Program-made: the position numbers and the translations under genes
Part shown: in pieces, positions 34,469 to 43,218 of the stretch
Layout: the number at the start of each line of letters is the position of its first letter
Position numbering within the stretch: position 1 is the first letter of the stretch
Source: Flavobacteriales bacterium
GTDB lineage: Bacteria > Bacteroidota > Bacteroidia > UBA10329
DNA: 64,000 nucleotides
Direction of reading: 5' to 3'
NCBI GenBank assembly: GCA_021739625.1
Contig: JAIPBJ010000008.1
Span: forward strand, 734-64,733
Notes under the pieces: model-generated
Seen by the model: only the letters and a program-made list of their open reading frames with translations
Database searches by the model: none
What the model was told of the DNA's origin: nothing

Positions 34469-35419
34469 TTACTGGATGGAGATGGTATAATCTCCCGGCA
34501 TCGGGTTGCTGTTGTTCACCACAATGCTGTCTCCGGCAGGGCCCATGTCGCTCAGCTTGCCTTGGAAATTGGACGCTGGTGGCACGCTGATGGGGCTGCC
34601 CGAGGGCACGGCCCCGCTCATCAGTTGGAAACTGAGACCCACCGTGCCAGAGGAGGTCAGTTTCACAGTGGCATCGACCGAGAAGGCGATGGGGCCTGCA
34701 GTGGCCGTCATCATGGCCGGCACCGTGCCGCTGAATTCCTGCGCTGTGCCGCCACCGCCACCGCCACCGCCACCGGTGTTGTCGTCAATGGCGCGGGCCA
34801 GGTAGTACTGTTCCACCAGATCGGGGAAATCATCGAGATAGAGGTCGAGATAGGCGTCCATCTTGGTGCCCAGCATGCTGTATGACTTGGAAAGCAGCTC
34901 GGCCACATTGCGCCCGGCCACCACCTTCTGGTCTTTCTGCCCGCCCGGCTGCGGCAGTGTGCTGTAGTAGGTGGCGATGTTGGTGTCGAGCACCGTGAGG
35001 TGGGCGGGAGCGATGCGGTAGCCTGCAAGGGCGGGCACCAGCGGGGTCACGAAATCGCTGATCTGCTGACAGGTCACATGCAGTTCGGTGTCGCGCTTCT
35101 TATCGAGTTCAGATTTGGTGTAGTCGGCCTGCTTCAGCAGAATGGGATCCTCAGTGTCAAGCGCCATGGTCTTTGCCGCCCTTGTCAGGCGCAATGCCGC
35201 GCTTGTGAGGGCCACCCGCGCGTTGCCCTTGGCGATGGCATGGCCCGTGGTGTCGGCCGTGGCGATGCCATCATTCACAACGATGCCCTGTATATAGCTG
35301 TCGAGCACCAGCTTCTGGATTCCGATCTGCGCCACATCGGTCAGCGCGGCCGCATTCTGGTTCAGAAAATCCTGCACCTCTATCAGTGCGCTGAACCTGT
35401 TTTCTTCTTTTGCATCCAT
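34469..35419 (-). CDS. Hypothetical two-domain protein with a Gly9 linker
   Basis: The 316-aa protein has a helical N-terminal ~215 aa, then GGGGGGGGG encoded by a (GGTGGC)4-type repeat, then a beta-rich ~95-aa C-terminal domain. It has no signal peptide and I do not recognise a family. Confidence 0.65.
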   Translation of the reverse strand: MDAKEENRFSALIEVQDFLNQNAAALTDVAQIGIQKLVLDSYIQGIVVNDGIATADTTGHAIAKGNARVALTSAALRLTRAAKTMALDTEDPILLKQADYTKSELDKKRDTELHVTCQQISDFVTPLVPALAGYRIAPAHLTVLDTNIATYYSTLPQPGGQKDQKVVAGRNVAELLSKSYSMLGTKMDAYLDLYLDDFPDLVEQYYLARAIDDNTGGGGGGGGGTAQEFSGTVPAMMTATAGPIAFSVDATVKLTSSGTVGLSFQLMSGAVPSGSPISVPPASNFQGKLSDMGPAGDSIVVNNSNPMPGDYTISIQ

Positions 35420-35709
35420 GATGTCATTTGGTTAGATGGTTGAACAACAGCGGCAATCTTAAAATTATCTCCCGACATGGAAAATGACGGAAGTCAGTGC
35501 GCCACAGCCTGTGGCCATGCAGCTTGATCCCCCGCCCGCGTCCCACAATCCCCCGGCCGTGCTGCCCCGGCCCTCAACAATGCGCGAACCATGCAAAAAT
35601 CTGCAACAATTATGTAAGCCCTGAAACCTATCAATTACCGATCTTTACACGTCCAGAACGGGCCATCGGGCAATGCCGGCCGATGACCGCACCGTAGGGT
35701 CTGTGTACA

Positions 35710-36747
35710 ATGGTGGAAGTGAACAAACTTGGAGTGGTGTTGAAGAAGACCCAATTGGGTTTCGAAAGTGAAGGCGTGCTCAATCCCGGGGTCATACTCG
35801 TGGAAGGCAGCATCCACATGTTCTACCGCGCAGTGGCCAAAGGCAACTATTCGAGCATCGGATACTGCCGCCTTTCCGACCCTGTCACCGTGGCCGAGCG
35901 CCACGACACCCCCATTTTCTTCCCCCAGGACCCGCATGAGGTGCATGGGGTCGAGGATGCGCGCGTGGTCTGCATCGATGGCATCTATTACATGACCTAC
36001 ACCGCCTATGACGGGGTCAATGCCCTCTGCGCAGTGGCCGTGTCAAACGACCTGAAGACATGGGAGCGCAAAGGCTTCATAACGCCCCAGGTCAACTACA
36101 AGGAGTTTGCCCGATTGGCCGCCACCAAGGGCGACATCAATGACAAGTATCTGCGGTTCAACAGCCCGCAGGGGGTCAACATCAATCGGGGCGATCAGGT
36201 GCTGATCTGGGACAAGGACGGCATCTTCTTTCCGCGCAGAATAGGGGGCAAGCTGTGTTTCATGCATCGCATTCGCCCCGACCTGCAGATCGTGTGCGTG
36301 GACAGACTGGAGGATCTGACCCCCGATTTCTGGCAGAAGTATCTCATGAATATCAACGACCACATACTGCTCGCCCCCAGGCACAAGCACGAGGTGAGCT
36401 ATGTGGGCGGTGGCTGCCCCCCCATCGAAACGGCCGAGGGATGGCTCTTCATCTATCACGGGGTATGCGACACCGTGGAAGGCTATGTCTATTCGGCATG
36501 CGCAGCCCTTTTCGACCTTGAAAACCCGCAAGTGGAGATAGCACGATTGCCCTACCCACTGTTCCGGCCCGAGTTTGAATGGGAGATGAAAGGATATGTC
36601 AACAACGTTTGTTTCCCCACCGGGGCCGTGCTGTTGGACGACACCCTCTACATCTACTACGGTGCGGCCGATGACCTCATCGCCTGCGCTTCGGTGAGCC
36701 TTTCAGCACTGCTGAAAGAGTTGTTGAACTATAGACCGATCACATGA
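35710..36747 (+). CDS. GH130-family glycoside phosphorylase/hydrolase-like protein (DUF377 type)
   Basis: The sequence GVLNPGVILVEGSIHMFYRAV...VEDARVVCIDGIYYMTYTAYDG...CFPTGAVLLDDTLYIYYGAAD is typical of the GH130 five-bladed propeller. Confidence 0.7.
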   Translation: MVEVNKLGVVLKKTQLGFESEGVLNPGVILVEGSIHMFYRAVAKGNYSSIGYCRLSDPVTVAERHDTPIFFPQDPHEVHGVEDARVVCIDGIYYMTYTAYDGVNALCAVAVSNDLKTWERKGFITPQVNYKEFARLAATKGDINDKYLRFNSPQGVNINRGDQVLIWDKDGIFFPRRIGGKLCFMHRIRPDLQIVCVDRLEDLTPDFWQKYLMNINDHILLAPRHKHEVSYVGGGCPPIETAEGWLFIYHGVCDTVEGYVYSACAALFDLENPQVEIARLPYPLFRPEFEWEMKGYVNNVCFPTGAVLLDDTLYIYYGAADDLIACASVSLSALLKELLNYRPIT

Positions 36748-36782
36748 CCACGCGACCATAGACCAATAAAGACCAGGAACAC

Positions 36783-39209
36783 ATGCTACTTCTACCTATT
36801 GCCAGCTCCATCGCACCTGCCCAGATCAACGGGGGTGCATATCTCAACGCCCGCACCGCCCTCAATGGCCATGACCCGGCAACACCACAGCATCAGTTGC
36901 CGCAGGTGCTGGTCATCACCTCCTATCCGCCCCGCGAGTGTGGCATCGCCACCTATTCCGAAGACCTGATCAAGGCATTGCAGCACAAGTTCGGCATCAC
37001 TTTCTCCATCAGCATCTGCGCTTTGGAGGAAGGCAAGGAGAAGTACGCCTACAAGGACCGCCCGGCATACACGCTCGACACCGAATGCAGCAACGCTTTC
37101 GTCAAGCTTGCATTTCAGATCAACCGGAATCCGGACGTGAAACTGGTGCTCCTGCAGCACGAGTTCGGCTTTTTCCGAAATCAGGTGGAGGCATTCGAAC
37201 GGTTCCTCGAAGCGTTGGACAAACCCGTGGTCACCGTGTTCCACACCGTACTGTCCGATCCCGACCCCAAGCGTCTGGCCAATGTGCGCCACATCGCGGA
37301 GCATTCCAGCTCGCTCATTGTGATGACAACGACCTCGATGCAAACGTTGGAGCGCGATTATGCGGTGCCGGCACAGAAGATCAACGTTATCCCCCATGGC
37401 ACGCATCTCATCAATCATCAGAGCAAGGACACGCTCAAGGAGAAACATGGTCTTCAAGGCAGGAAAGTGCTGAGCACCTTCGGACTCCTCAGTTCGGGCA
37501 AGGGCATAGCCACCACCCTCGATGCCTTGCCGGCCATCGTCCAAGAACATCCCGAGACCCTATTCCTCATCATCGGAAAAACACATCCCGGAGTGGTGAA
37601 ACAGGAGGGCGAACGCTACCGCGAGTCTTTGCAGCAAAAGGTGGAGCACCTCGGACTGCAGCAGAACGTCCGGTTCGTCAACCGCTATCTGCCACTGCCC
37701 GAACTGCTGGAGTACCTCCAGTTGACCGACATCTACCTGTTCACCTCCACCGACCCCCTGCAGGCCGTGAGCGGAACCTTTTCCTATGCCCTCAGCTGTG
37801 GATGCCCGGTCATATCCACGCCCTTCCCGCACGCCCGCGAAGTGCTCTGCGAGGGAACAGGTGTCCTTGTCGATTTTGCGAATGCCCCCCAACTGGCCGC
37901 TGCCGTCATCGACCTGCTGCAGAACGACCAGAGGCGCACCAACATCGGTTCCAACGCACTCCATCGCATGGCCTCTGCCGTCTGGGAGAATTCGGCCATC
38001 GCCCACGCCTCGCTTTTCTCTGACCTCACAGACAAGGGCATCAGCCTCAGATACGCCCTTCCCGACATTTCGCTCGACCACCTGCGCAGGATGACCACCT
38101 CAAGGGGCATGATCCAGTTCTCCAAACTCGACCGCCCCGACATTGGCTCAGGCTATACCGTGGACGACAACGCACGCGCAATGGTGGCCGTCTGCCAGCA
38201 CTTCGAACTCACCGGGGACAAGGACGATATTCCGCTCATCAGGGTCTATCTGAACTTCATCGTCTATTGCCAGCAGGAGGACGGCAATTTCCTCAACTAT
38301 GTGGACGAGAATGGGGAATTCACCCCGCAGAACGATGCCACCAATCTGGAAGATGCCAACGGCAGGGCCATCTGGGCACTCGGCCATCTCTGTTCGATGC
38401 GGGCCAAGGTTCCGCAGTCCATTCACGTGCTGGCCGACAACACCATTCAACTGGCCCTCGACAAAGTGAGCGGCATCCATTCGACCCGCGCCATGGGCTT
38501 TATCATCAAGGGGCTGTATTACCGCGACCTCGCCATCAGCTCCGATTCGAATCTGGCCCTTATTGCCCGACTGGCCGACCGTCTGGTGCAGATGTACCGC
38601 CACGAGGCCGATGACGACTGGCATTGGTTCGAGGATTATTTCACCTACGCCAACGGCATCCTGCCCGAGGCATTGCTCTGCGCCTTTGAGATGACCGGTA
38701 AGGAGCAGTACGGTGAGATTGCCAAGGCCTCCTTCGACTTTCTCCTTTCCAAGGTGTTCAGCCCTGAAGGCATCAGAGTGGTATCGAACAAGGGCTGGAT
38801 GCACCGCTCAGATGCATCGGGCGTCAGGCCCATAGGTGGCGAACAGCCCATTGACGTGGCCTACACCATCCTTGCCCTCGACAGGTTTCACAGGGTCTTC
38901 CGCGAACCGGGACACAGGAAACAGATGCACGCGGCCTTCGAATGGTTCCTTGGACGCAATCACCTTCACAGGATCATTTACAATCCCTGCACAGGAGGTT
39001 GCTATGACGGGCTCGAAGAATACAATGTCAACCTCAACCAAGGGGCCGAATCGACCGTGAGCTACCTCATGGCACGCTTGGTGATGGAGAACCGACAGCC
39101 TGCCCACAGGTTCGAGTCACAGACCTATCAGTCCCGCAGGAGATCTGCACGCCCCCGCAGTGTCGGACCGGTGGAGAGCGCCCGCCCACGCAAGTATGAC
39201 CATGCGTAG
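36783..39209 (+). CDS. GT4-type glycosyltransferase fused to a ~400-aa C-terminal alpha-helical (alpha/alpha-barrel-like) domain
   Basis: The N-terminal half reads VLVITSYPPRECGIATYSEDL...FLIIGKTHP...YLFTSTDPLQAVSGTFSYALSCGCPVISTPFPHARE, which is the GT-B fold. The C-terminal half is rich in aromatic and helical repeats. Confidence 0.7.
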   Translation: MLLLPIASSIAPAQINGGAYLNARTALNGHDPATPQHQLPQVLVITSYPPRECGIATYSEDLIKALQHKFGITFSISICALEEGKEKYAYKDRPAYTLDTECSNAFVKLAFQINRNPDVKLVLLQHEFGFFRNQVEAFERFLEALDKPVVTVFHTVLSDPDPKRLANVRHIAEHSSSLIVMTTTSMQTLERDYAVPAQKINVIPHGTHLINHQSKDTLKEKHGLQGRKVLSTFGLLSSGKGIATTLDALPAIVQEHPETLFLIIGKTHPGVVKQEGERYRESLQQKVEHLGLQQNVRFVNRYLPLPELLEYLQLTDIYLFTSTDPLQAVSGTFSYALSCGCPVISTPFPHAREVLCEGTGVLVDFANAPQLAAAVIDLLQNDQRRTNIGSNALHRMASAVWENSAIAHASLFSDLTDKGISLRYALPDISLDHLRRMTTSRGMIQFSKLDRPDIGSGYTVDDNARAMVAVCQHFELTGDKDDIPLIRVYLNFIVYCQQEDGNFLNYVDENGEFTPQNDATNLEDANGRAIWALGHLCSMRAKVPQSIHVLADNTIQLALDKVSGIHSTRAMGFIIKGLYYRDLAISSDSNLALIARLADRLVQMYRHEADDDWHWFEDYFTYANGILPEALLCAFEMTGKEQYGEIAKASFDFLLSKVFSPEGIRVVSNKGWMHRSDASGVRPIGGEQPIDVAYTILALDRFHRVFREPGHRKQMHAAFEWFLGRNHLHRIIYNPCTGGCYDGLEEYNVNLNQGAESTVSYLMARLVMENRQPAHRFESQTYQSRRRSARPRSVGPVESARPRKYDHA

Positions 39210-39270
39210 GCGGCCCGGTCCTTTGACAGTGCCGTACCGCCTGCGCATTGTGCAACTCTTGCCCACAATT

Positions 39271-39306
39271 GTGTAACGCCCGCCTGTTGCTGTGCCGAGA
39301 CCTTTG
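39271..39306 (+). promoter_or_regulatory. Promoter-like motif GTGTAAC-N23-CCTTTG upstream of the ytxH-like operon
   Basis: GTGTAAC is at 39271-39277 and CCTTTG at 39301-39306, with the ATG 41 nt downstream. Confidence 0.5.
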
Positions 39307-39346
39307 TCCCGGTGATCATTCCGATCACCATTAAAACAGCAGCATC

Positions 39347-39634
39347 ATGAGTTCAGGCAAAGTATTATTGGGAGTGTTGGCAGGCGTTGCGGCCGGGGCC
39401 ACTTTGGGCATCCTTTTCGCACCCGACAAGGGTTCGCGCACCCGTCAGAAGATTGCCGACAAGAGCAATCAGTATGCTGACGATCTGGGCGACCGTTTCA
39501 CCGATTTCATGGACGACATCAACCGGAAGTTCGATGCCCTGAGCAGCGATGCGAAGCACATGGCCCAGAACACCAGGCACAAATTGGAGGACGCGGCCAA
39601 GGACATGTCGGCCTCTGTCAACAGCAGCCGTTAA
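39347..39634 (+). CDS. YtxH-domain protein
   Basis: The sequence is MSSGKVLLGVLAGVAAGATLGILFAPDKGSRTRQKI, followed by a charged helical tail. Confidence 0.85.
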   Translation: MSSGKVLLGVLAGVAAGATLGILFAPDKGSRTRQKIADKSNQYADDLGDRFTDFMDDINRKFDALSSDAKHMAQNTRHKLEDAAKDMSASVNSSR

Positions 39635-39637
39635 GCC

Positions 39638-39991
39638 GTGAGCAGCCCAACGGACAACCCGGCCATGGCCATTGAGGCCCTGTTCGAGAAGGTGGAGGCC
39701 TTTGGCAGGACGACCTACGAACTGTCGAAGCTCAAAACGTTGGAGACCACCACCGTGGTGGTCACCACGCTCATCGCAAAGATGAGCGTGGTGCTCGTGC
39801 TCAGCCTGTTCGTACTGGTGTTCAATATCGGTGTGGCTCTCTTGCTGGGCGAGGTGCTCGGCAAACTGTACTACGGTTTCTTCATCGTGGCAGGTTTCTA
39901 TCTCCTCCTCGGGACCGTGCTGCATTTCCTGCTCCATCGCTGGCTCAAGAGGCCCATCAGTGAACTCATCATCATGCAGGCCCTCAAATGA
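39638..39991 (+). CDS. Holin-X-like (phage holin family 3_6) two-TM membrane protein
   Basis: The start is a GTG. The protein has two long TM helices and is the usual partner of YtxH genes in Bacteroidota. Confidence 0.65.
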   Translation: MSSPTDNPAMAIEALFEKVEAFGRTTYELSKLKTLETTTVVVTTLIAKMSVVLVLSLFVLVFNIGVALLLGEVLGKLYYGFFIVAGFYLLLGTVLHFLLHRWLKRPISELIIMQALK

Positions 39992-40434
39992 AGACAGCAT
40001 CCGTGAATATCCGTTCAATAGAGCAGCTGCGCGAAGCGGTCGTGGCGCTGGAGGCAAGACAGGAGACCGAAGGCGCGGTGCTGCGCGAGCATTTCATGCT
40101 CACCTACGAGAGCATACGCCCGGTGAACCTCATCAAGAGTGCGTTCAACGAAGTGACAGGGTCTGAAGAACTGAAGGAACATCTGGTGAGTTCCAGTGTG
40201 GGGCTGGTGGCCGGCCACCTGACCAGAAAAGCATATAACGCGGTCAACGGCAACGAGGGCGGAAGCATCGCAGGAACTGCCATTCAGTTCGGGGTCACCA
40301 ACCTGGTGGCCCAACACCCCGATATGGTGATGGCCGCTGGCAGAGGGCTCTTCCGTATGATATACCGTGCATGGAATGAACGCGAGCGGACCCCGGATCA
40401 CCGTCAGGATGAGGTGAAGGGCTTTAGGCCGTAG
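39988..40434 (+). CDS. Hypothetical protein, third gene of the ytxH-like operon
   Basis: The start forms an ATGA overlap with the preceding stop. The 148-aa protein has a central Gly/hydrophobic segment. Confidence 0.6.
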   Translation: MKTASVNIRSIEQLREAVVALEARQETEGAVLREHFMLTYESIRPVNLIKSAFNEVTGSEELKEHLVSSSVGLVAGHLTRKAYNAVNGNEGGSIAGTAIQFGVTNLVAQHPDMVMAAGRGLFRMIYRAWNERERTPDHRQDEVKGFRP

Positions 40435-40464
40435 GAACGGGCGAGACGCGCTAATTCCCCGACC

Positions 40465-40472
40465 TACATTTG
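40465..40472 (+). promoter_or_regulatory. Bacteroidota -7 box TAcaTTTG
   Basis: There is an exact TAnnTTTG match 32 nt upstream of the ATG at 40504. Confidence 0.5.
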
Positions 40473-40503
40473 TTCTCATCAACAGTGTTTTTTCGACAGC
40501 TCC

Positions 40504-41619
40504 ATGACCGCGCCTGCCACTCTTCACCCTGCCCTCAGATTCTCCATCCTTACGTTGGGGTTCTGTGCTGTCATCTACATACTCTATGTGGCCCAGGGCA
40601 TACTGCTACCGGTCATCTATGCCGCAGTGGTGGCCGCGCTCATCTCTCCGGCAGTCGATCTTCTCCAACGCTGGCGATTTCCACGGATACTGGCAATCCT
40701 TGTGGTGATGGTGCTGTTGACAGCCATACTGGCCGGGATCATCGTTCTGCTCATCTGGCAGCTGAGCCTATTCTCCGATGCATGGCCCGAATTCAAGCAG
40801 CGCAGTGTCGAACTGTGGAATGAAGGCATCGGTTGGGCATCGCGCAATCTCAACATCAGCGAGAAAAAGATCAACGCATGGATGACCGCCACCACAGGCA
40901 ATATGATGGAGGACAACCGGGCGATGATAGGAACCACGCTCGCATCGCTGGGCGAAAGTCTTGCTGCCACGTTCCTAACCCCGGTCTATGTGTTCATGAT
41001 GGTGCTCTATAGGGATCACCTGGTCCGGTTTGTCCATCGTCTCACTGGAAAACACAACGAGGAACGGACCACCAGCATCCTTGATGGCACCCGGACACTG
41101 GTGCAGAGCTATCTGGTGGGGCTGGCCATTGCGCTGGTCATCTTCGCTGTGCTCAACGTGGTCGGTCTGTTGCTGATCGGTATCAAGTATGCCATTCTGC
41201 TGGGCATCATCGGTGCGCTGTTCAATCTCATACCCTATATAGGCGGCCTTGTGGCCGTGGTGCTGTTCATGGCCGTTGCGCTGGTGACCGGCACACCTAT
41301 GGACGTCCTCTACGTATTCCTGCTCTATGTGGCCGTCCAGTTCATCGATAACAATTTTGTTGTTCCCAAGGTCGTAGGCAGCAAGGTGAAGCTCAATCCT
41401 CTGGCCTCCATTCTATCGGTCATTGCCGGAGCGGCCCTCTGGGGCATTTCAGGAATGTTCCTGTCACTGCCTCTGCTGGCCATTGTAAAACTGGTGCTTG
41501 ACCGTATTCCAGAGCTTGAACATTGGGGATTCCTGCTGGGCGATCCCGCTCCTCCCGTCAAGGCCAAGGATGTGAAAGCATCATCGGTCATTCTTCCACA
41601 TACGAATCCCAAGCCATGA
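40504..41619 (+). CDS. AI-2E family transporter (PerM-like)
   Basis: The protein has a multi-TM topology, and the sequence IPYIGGLVAVVLFMAVAL...QFIDNNFVVPKVVGSKVKLNPL is the family signature. Confidence 0.85.
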   Translation: MTAPATLHPALRFSILTLGFCAVIYILYVAQGILLPVIYAAVVAALISPAVDLLQRWRFPRILAILVVMVLLTAILAGIIVLLIWQLSLFSDAWPEFKQRSVELWNEGIGWASRNLNISEKKINAWMTATTGNMMEDNRAMIGTTLASLGESLAATFLTPVYVFMMVLYRDHLVRFVHRLTGKHNEERTTSILDGTRTLVQSYLVGLAIALVIFAVLNVVGLLLIGIKYAILLGIIGALFNLIPYIGGLVAVVLFMAVALVTGTPMDVLYVFLLYVAVQFIDNNFVVPKVVGSKVKLNPLASILSVIAGAALWGISGMFLSLPLLAIVKLVLDRIPELEHWGFLLGDPAPPVKAKDVKASSVILPHTNPKP

Positions 41620-42200
41620 GAATAGAGATTCGTACCGTAGCAATAATGGTCATCTGTGCGATGTCCGTGATGTTCTTTCAACATTGCAGTCCTGCCGATA
41701 CGGTGGAGACCACTGATGCTCAAGGGCAGCCCGACAGCCTTGTGCAACAGGAGGAGGATGAACTGGTGGAGGGCGAGGTCACCGATGGTGCGACAGAGAC
41801 GCTCGAAAAGATAAAGACCGATGAGGCCCTGAAACAGAAGCCGCTCCTGATCTCCATCACCAATCTGAAATCGACCACGGCACCTGTCATCTTCTCGGTC
41901 TATGCCAATGAGGCCACCTACCTCGACCCCGGGGCCCATCTGAAGACCTATCGCTTTGTACCAAAGGGGAAAACGCTTCGGATCAGACTCACCGACCTCG
42001 AATTCGGCACATACTCCATCGCCTTCTATCAGGACATGAACGATAATGGGCGCATCGACAAGAACGGTCTGGGCATTCCCAACGAGCCTTATGCTTTCAG
42101 CAACGACATCCGTCCAAAACTCCGTGCCCCCTCGTTCAAGGACTGCAAATTCGTGTACAGCAGTAAGAAGAACATCATCAAGGTGAAGATGGGGAAGTGA
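41616..42200 (+). CDS. DUF2141-domain secreted protein
   Basis: The start forms an ATGA overlap with the preceding stop. The sequence reads GTYSIAFYQDMNDNGRIDKNGLGIPNEPYAFSND. Confidence 0.75.
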   Translation: MRIEIRTVAIMVICAMSVMFFQHCSPADTVETTDAQGQPDSLVQQEEDELVEGEVTDGATETLEKIKTDEALKQKPLLISITNLKSTTAPVIFSVYANEATYLDPGAHLKTYRFVPKGKTLRIRLTDLEFGTYSIAFYQDMNDNGRIDKNGLGIPNEPYAFSNDIRPKLRAPSFKDCKFVYSSKKNIIKVKMGK

Positions 42201-42316
42201 TGGACCAAGGTCATAGGATCATGGTGAAAGGGTGATGTGTCTCAGCATGTCACGTTGACCGCGATAGGCGATCAGCAATCTTCAATCAGTGAATGATGCA
42301 ATCCCTTTCCCACATC

Positions 42317-42352
42317 GTGTAACATGGCCGGTTCTGCATGGGGACACCTTTG
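42317..42352 (+). promoter_or_regulatory. Promoter-like motif GTGTAAC-N23-CCTTTG upstream of csbD
   Basis: GTGTAAC is at 42317-42323 and CCTTTG at 42347-42352, with the ATG 40 nt downstream. Confidence 0.5.
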
Positions 42353-42391
42353 TTCCGTGAGAATCATCTCACACTAAAACATTCAGAACAC

Positions 42392-42577
42392 ATGAACACC
42401 AAGACGATTGAAGGCACCTGGAACGAACAGAAGGGCAGGTTGAAAAAAGCATTCGCAGAGCTGACGGACAATGACCTCATGTATAAGGAGGGCCAGAAGG
42501 ATGCAATGCTGGGCAAGATCCAAGTGAAGCTCGGAAAGACCAAGGACGAATTCGATAAGATAATGGCATCACTCTGA
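42392..42577 (+). CDS. csbD: CsbD-family general stress protein
   Basis: The sequence is MNTKTIEGTWNEQKGRLKKAFAELTDNDLMYKEGQKDAMLGKIQ. Confidence 0.85.
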   Translation: MNTKTIEGTWNEQKGRLKKAFAELTDNDLMYKEGQKDAMLGKIQVKLGKTKDEFDKIMASL

Positions 42578-42671
42578 TGCCGCATGCCATGATGCCGCTT
42601 TCGTCAGGCCCTGACAGGCAGGGCGGGGCGACACTGGTCACTGAACAATCAACCCAGACAAACAGAACAAC

Positions 42672-43124
42672 ATGAAAAAGTCGATACAGATACTCGGAAT
42701 GGCCGCACTGATGCTTACCCCTATGCTCATAAGCTGCGAGACCGCTGCCCAGAAGGAGGAAAAGGTGAAGGCCGCACAACTTGAACTTGACCAGTTGACC
42801 AAGGACGCTGCCGACAAGGCAGCCAAGGAGAAGCAGGCCGAAGAATGGGCGGTGTTCAAACAAGAGACCAACGCCAAGATTCAGGCCAACGCAGATCGCA
42901 TAGCCGAGCTGCGCGTCAAGAAATCCACATCTGGCAAAGTGATGAGTGCCGTCTATGCCGCCAAGATCGATGCCCTGCAGACCCGCAACAGCGAACTTCA
43001 GGCCCGGCTTGAGGCCTATGAGAAGGAGAACAGCGACTGGGAGGTGTTCAAGGCTGATGTCAAGCGCGAACTTGACGAGATCGGTCAGGCCTTCGAAGAC
43101 CTCGGAGACGACAAGAAGAAGTGA
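42672..43124 (+). CDS. Coiled-coil lipoprotein
   Basis: The signal and lipobox are MKKSIQILGMAALMLTPMLISC. The rest is charged and helical. Confidence 0.65.
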   Translation: MKKSIQILGMAALMLTPMLISCETAAQKEEKVKAAQLELDQLTKDAADKAAKEKQAEEWAVFKQETNAKIQANADRIAELRVKKSTSGKVMSAVYAAKIDALQTRNSELQARLEAYEKENSDWEVFKADVKRELDEIGQAFEDLGDDKKK

Positions 43125-43218
43125 GCATTTTGGTTAGTGCTTGCAGGAGAGAGCGGCAGAATCCGTTCTCTCTTTTTTTCATGCCCGACCATATCAATTC
43201 ATATACAGACACAACATC

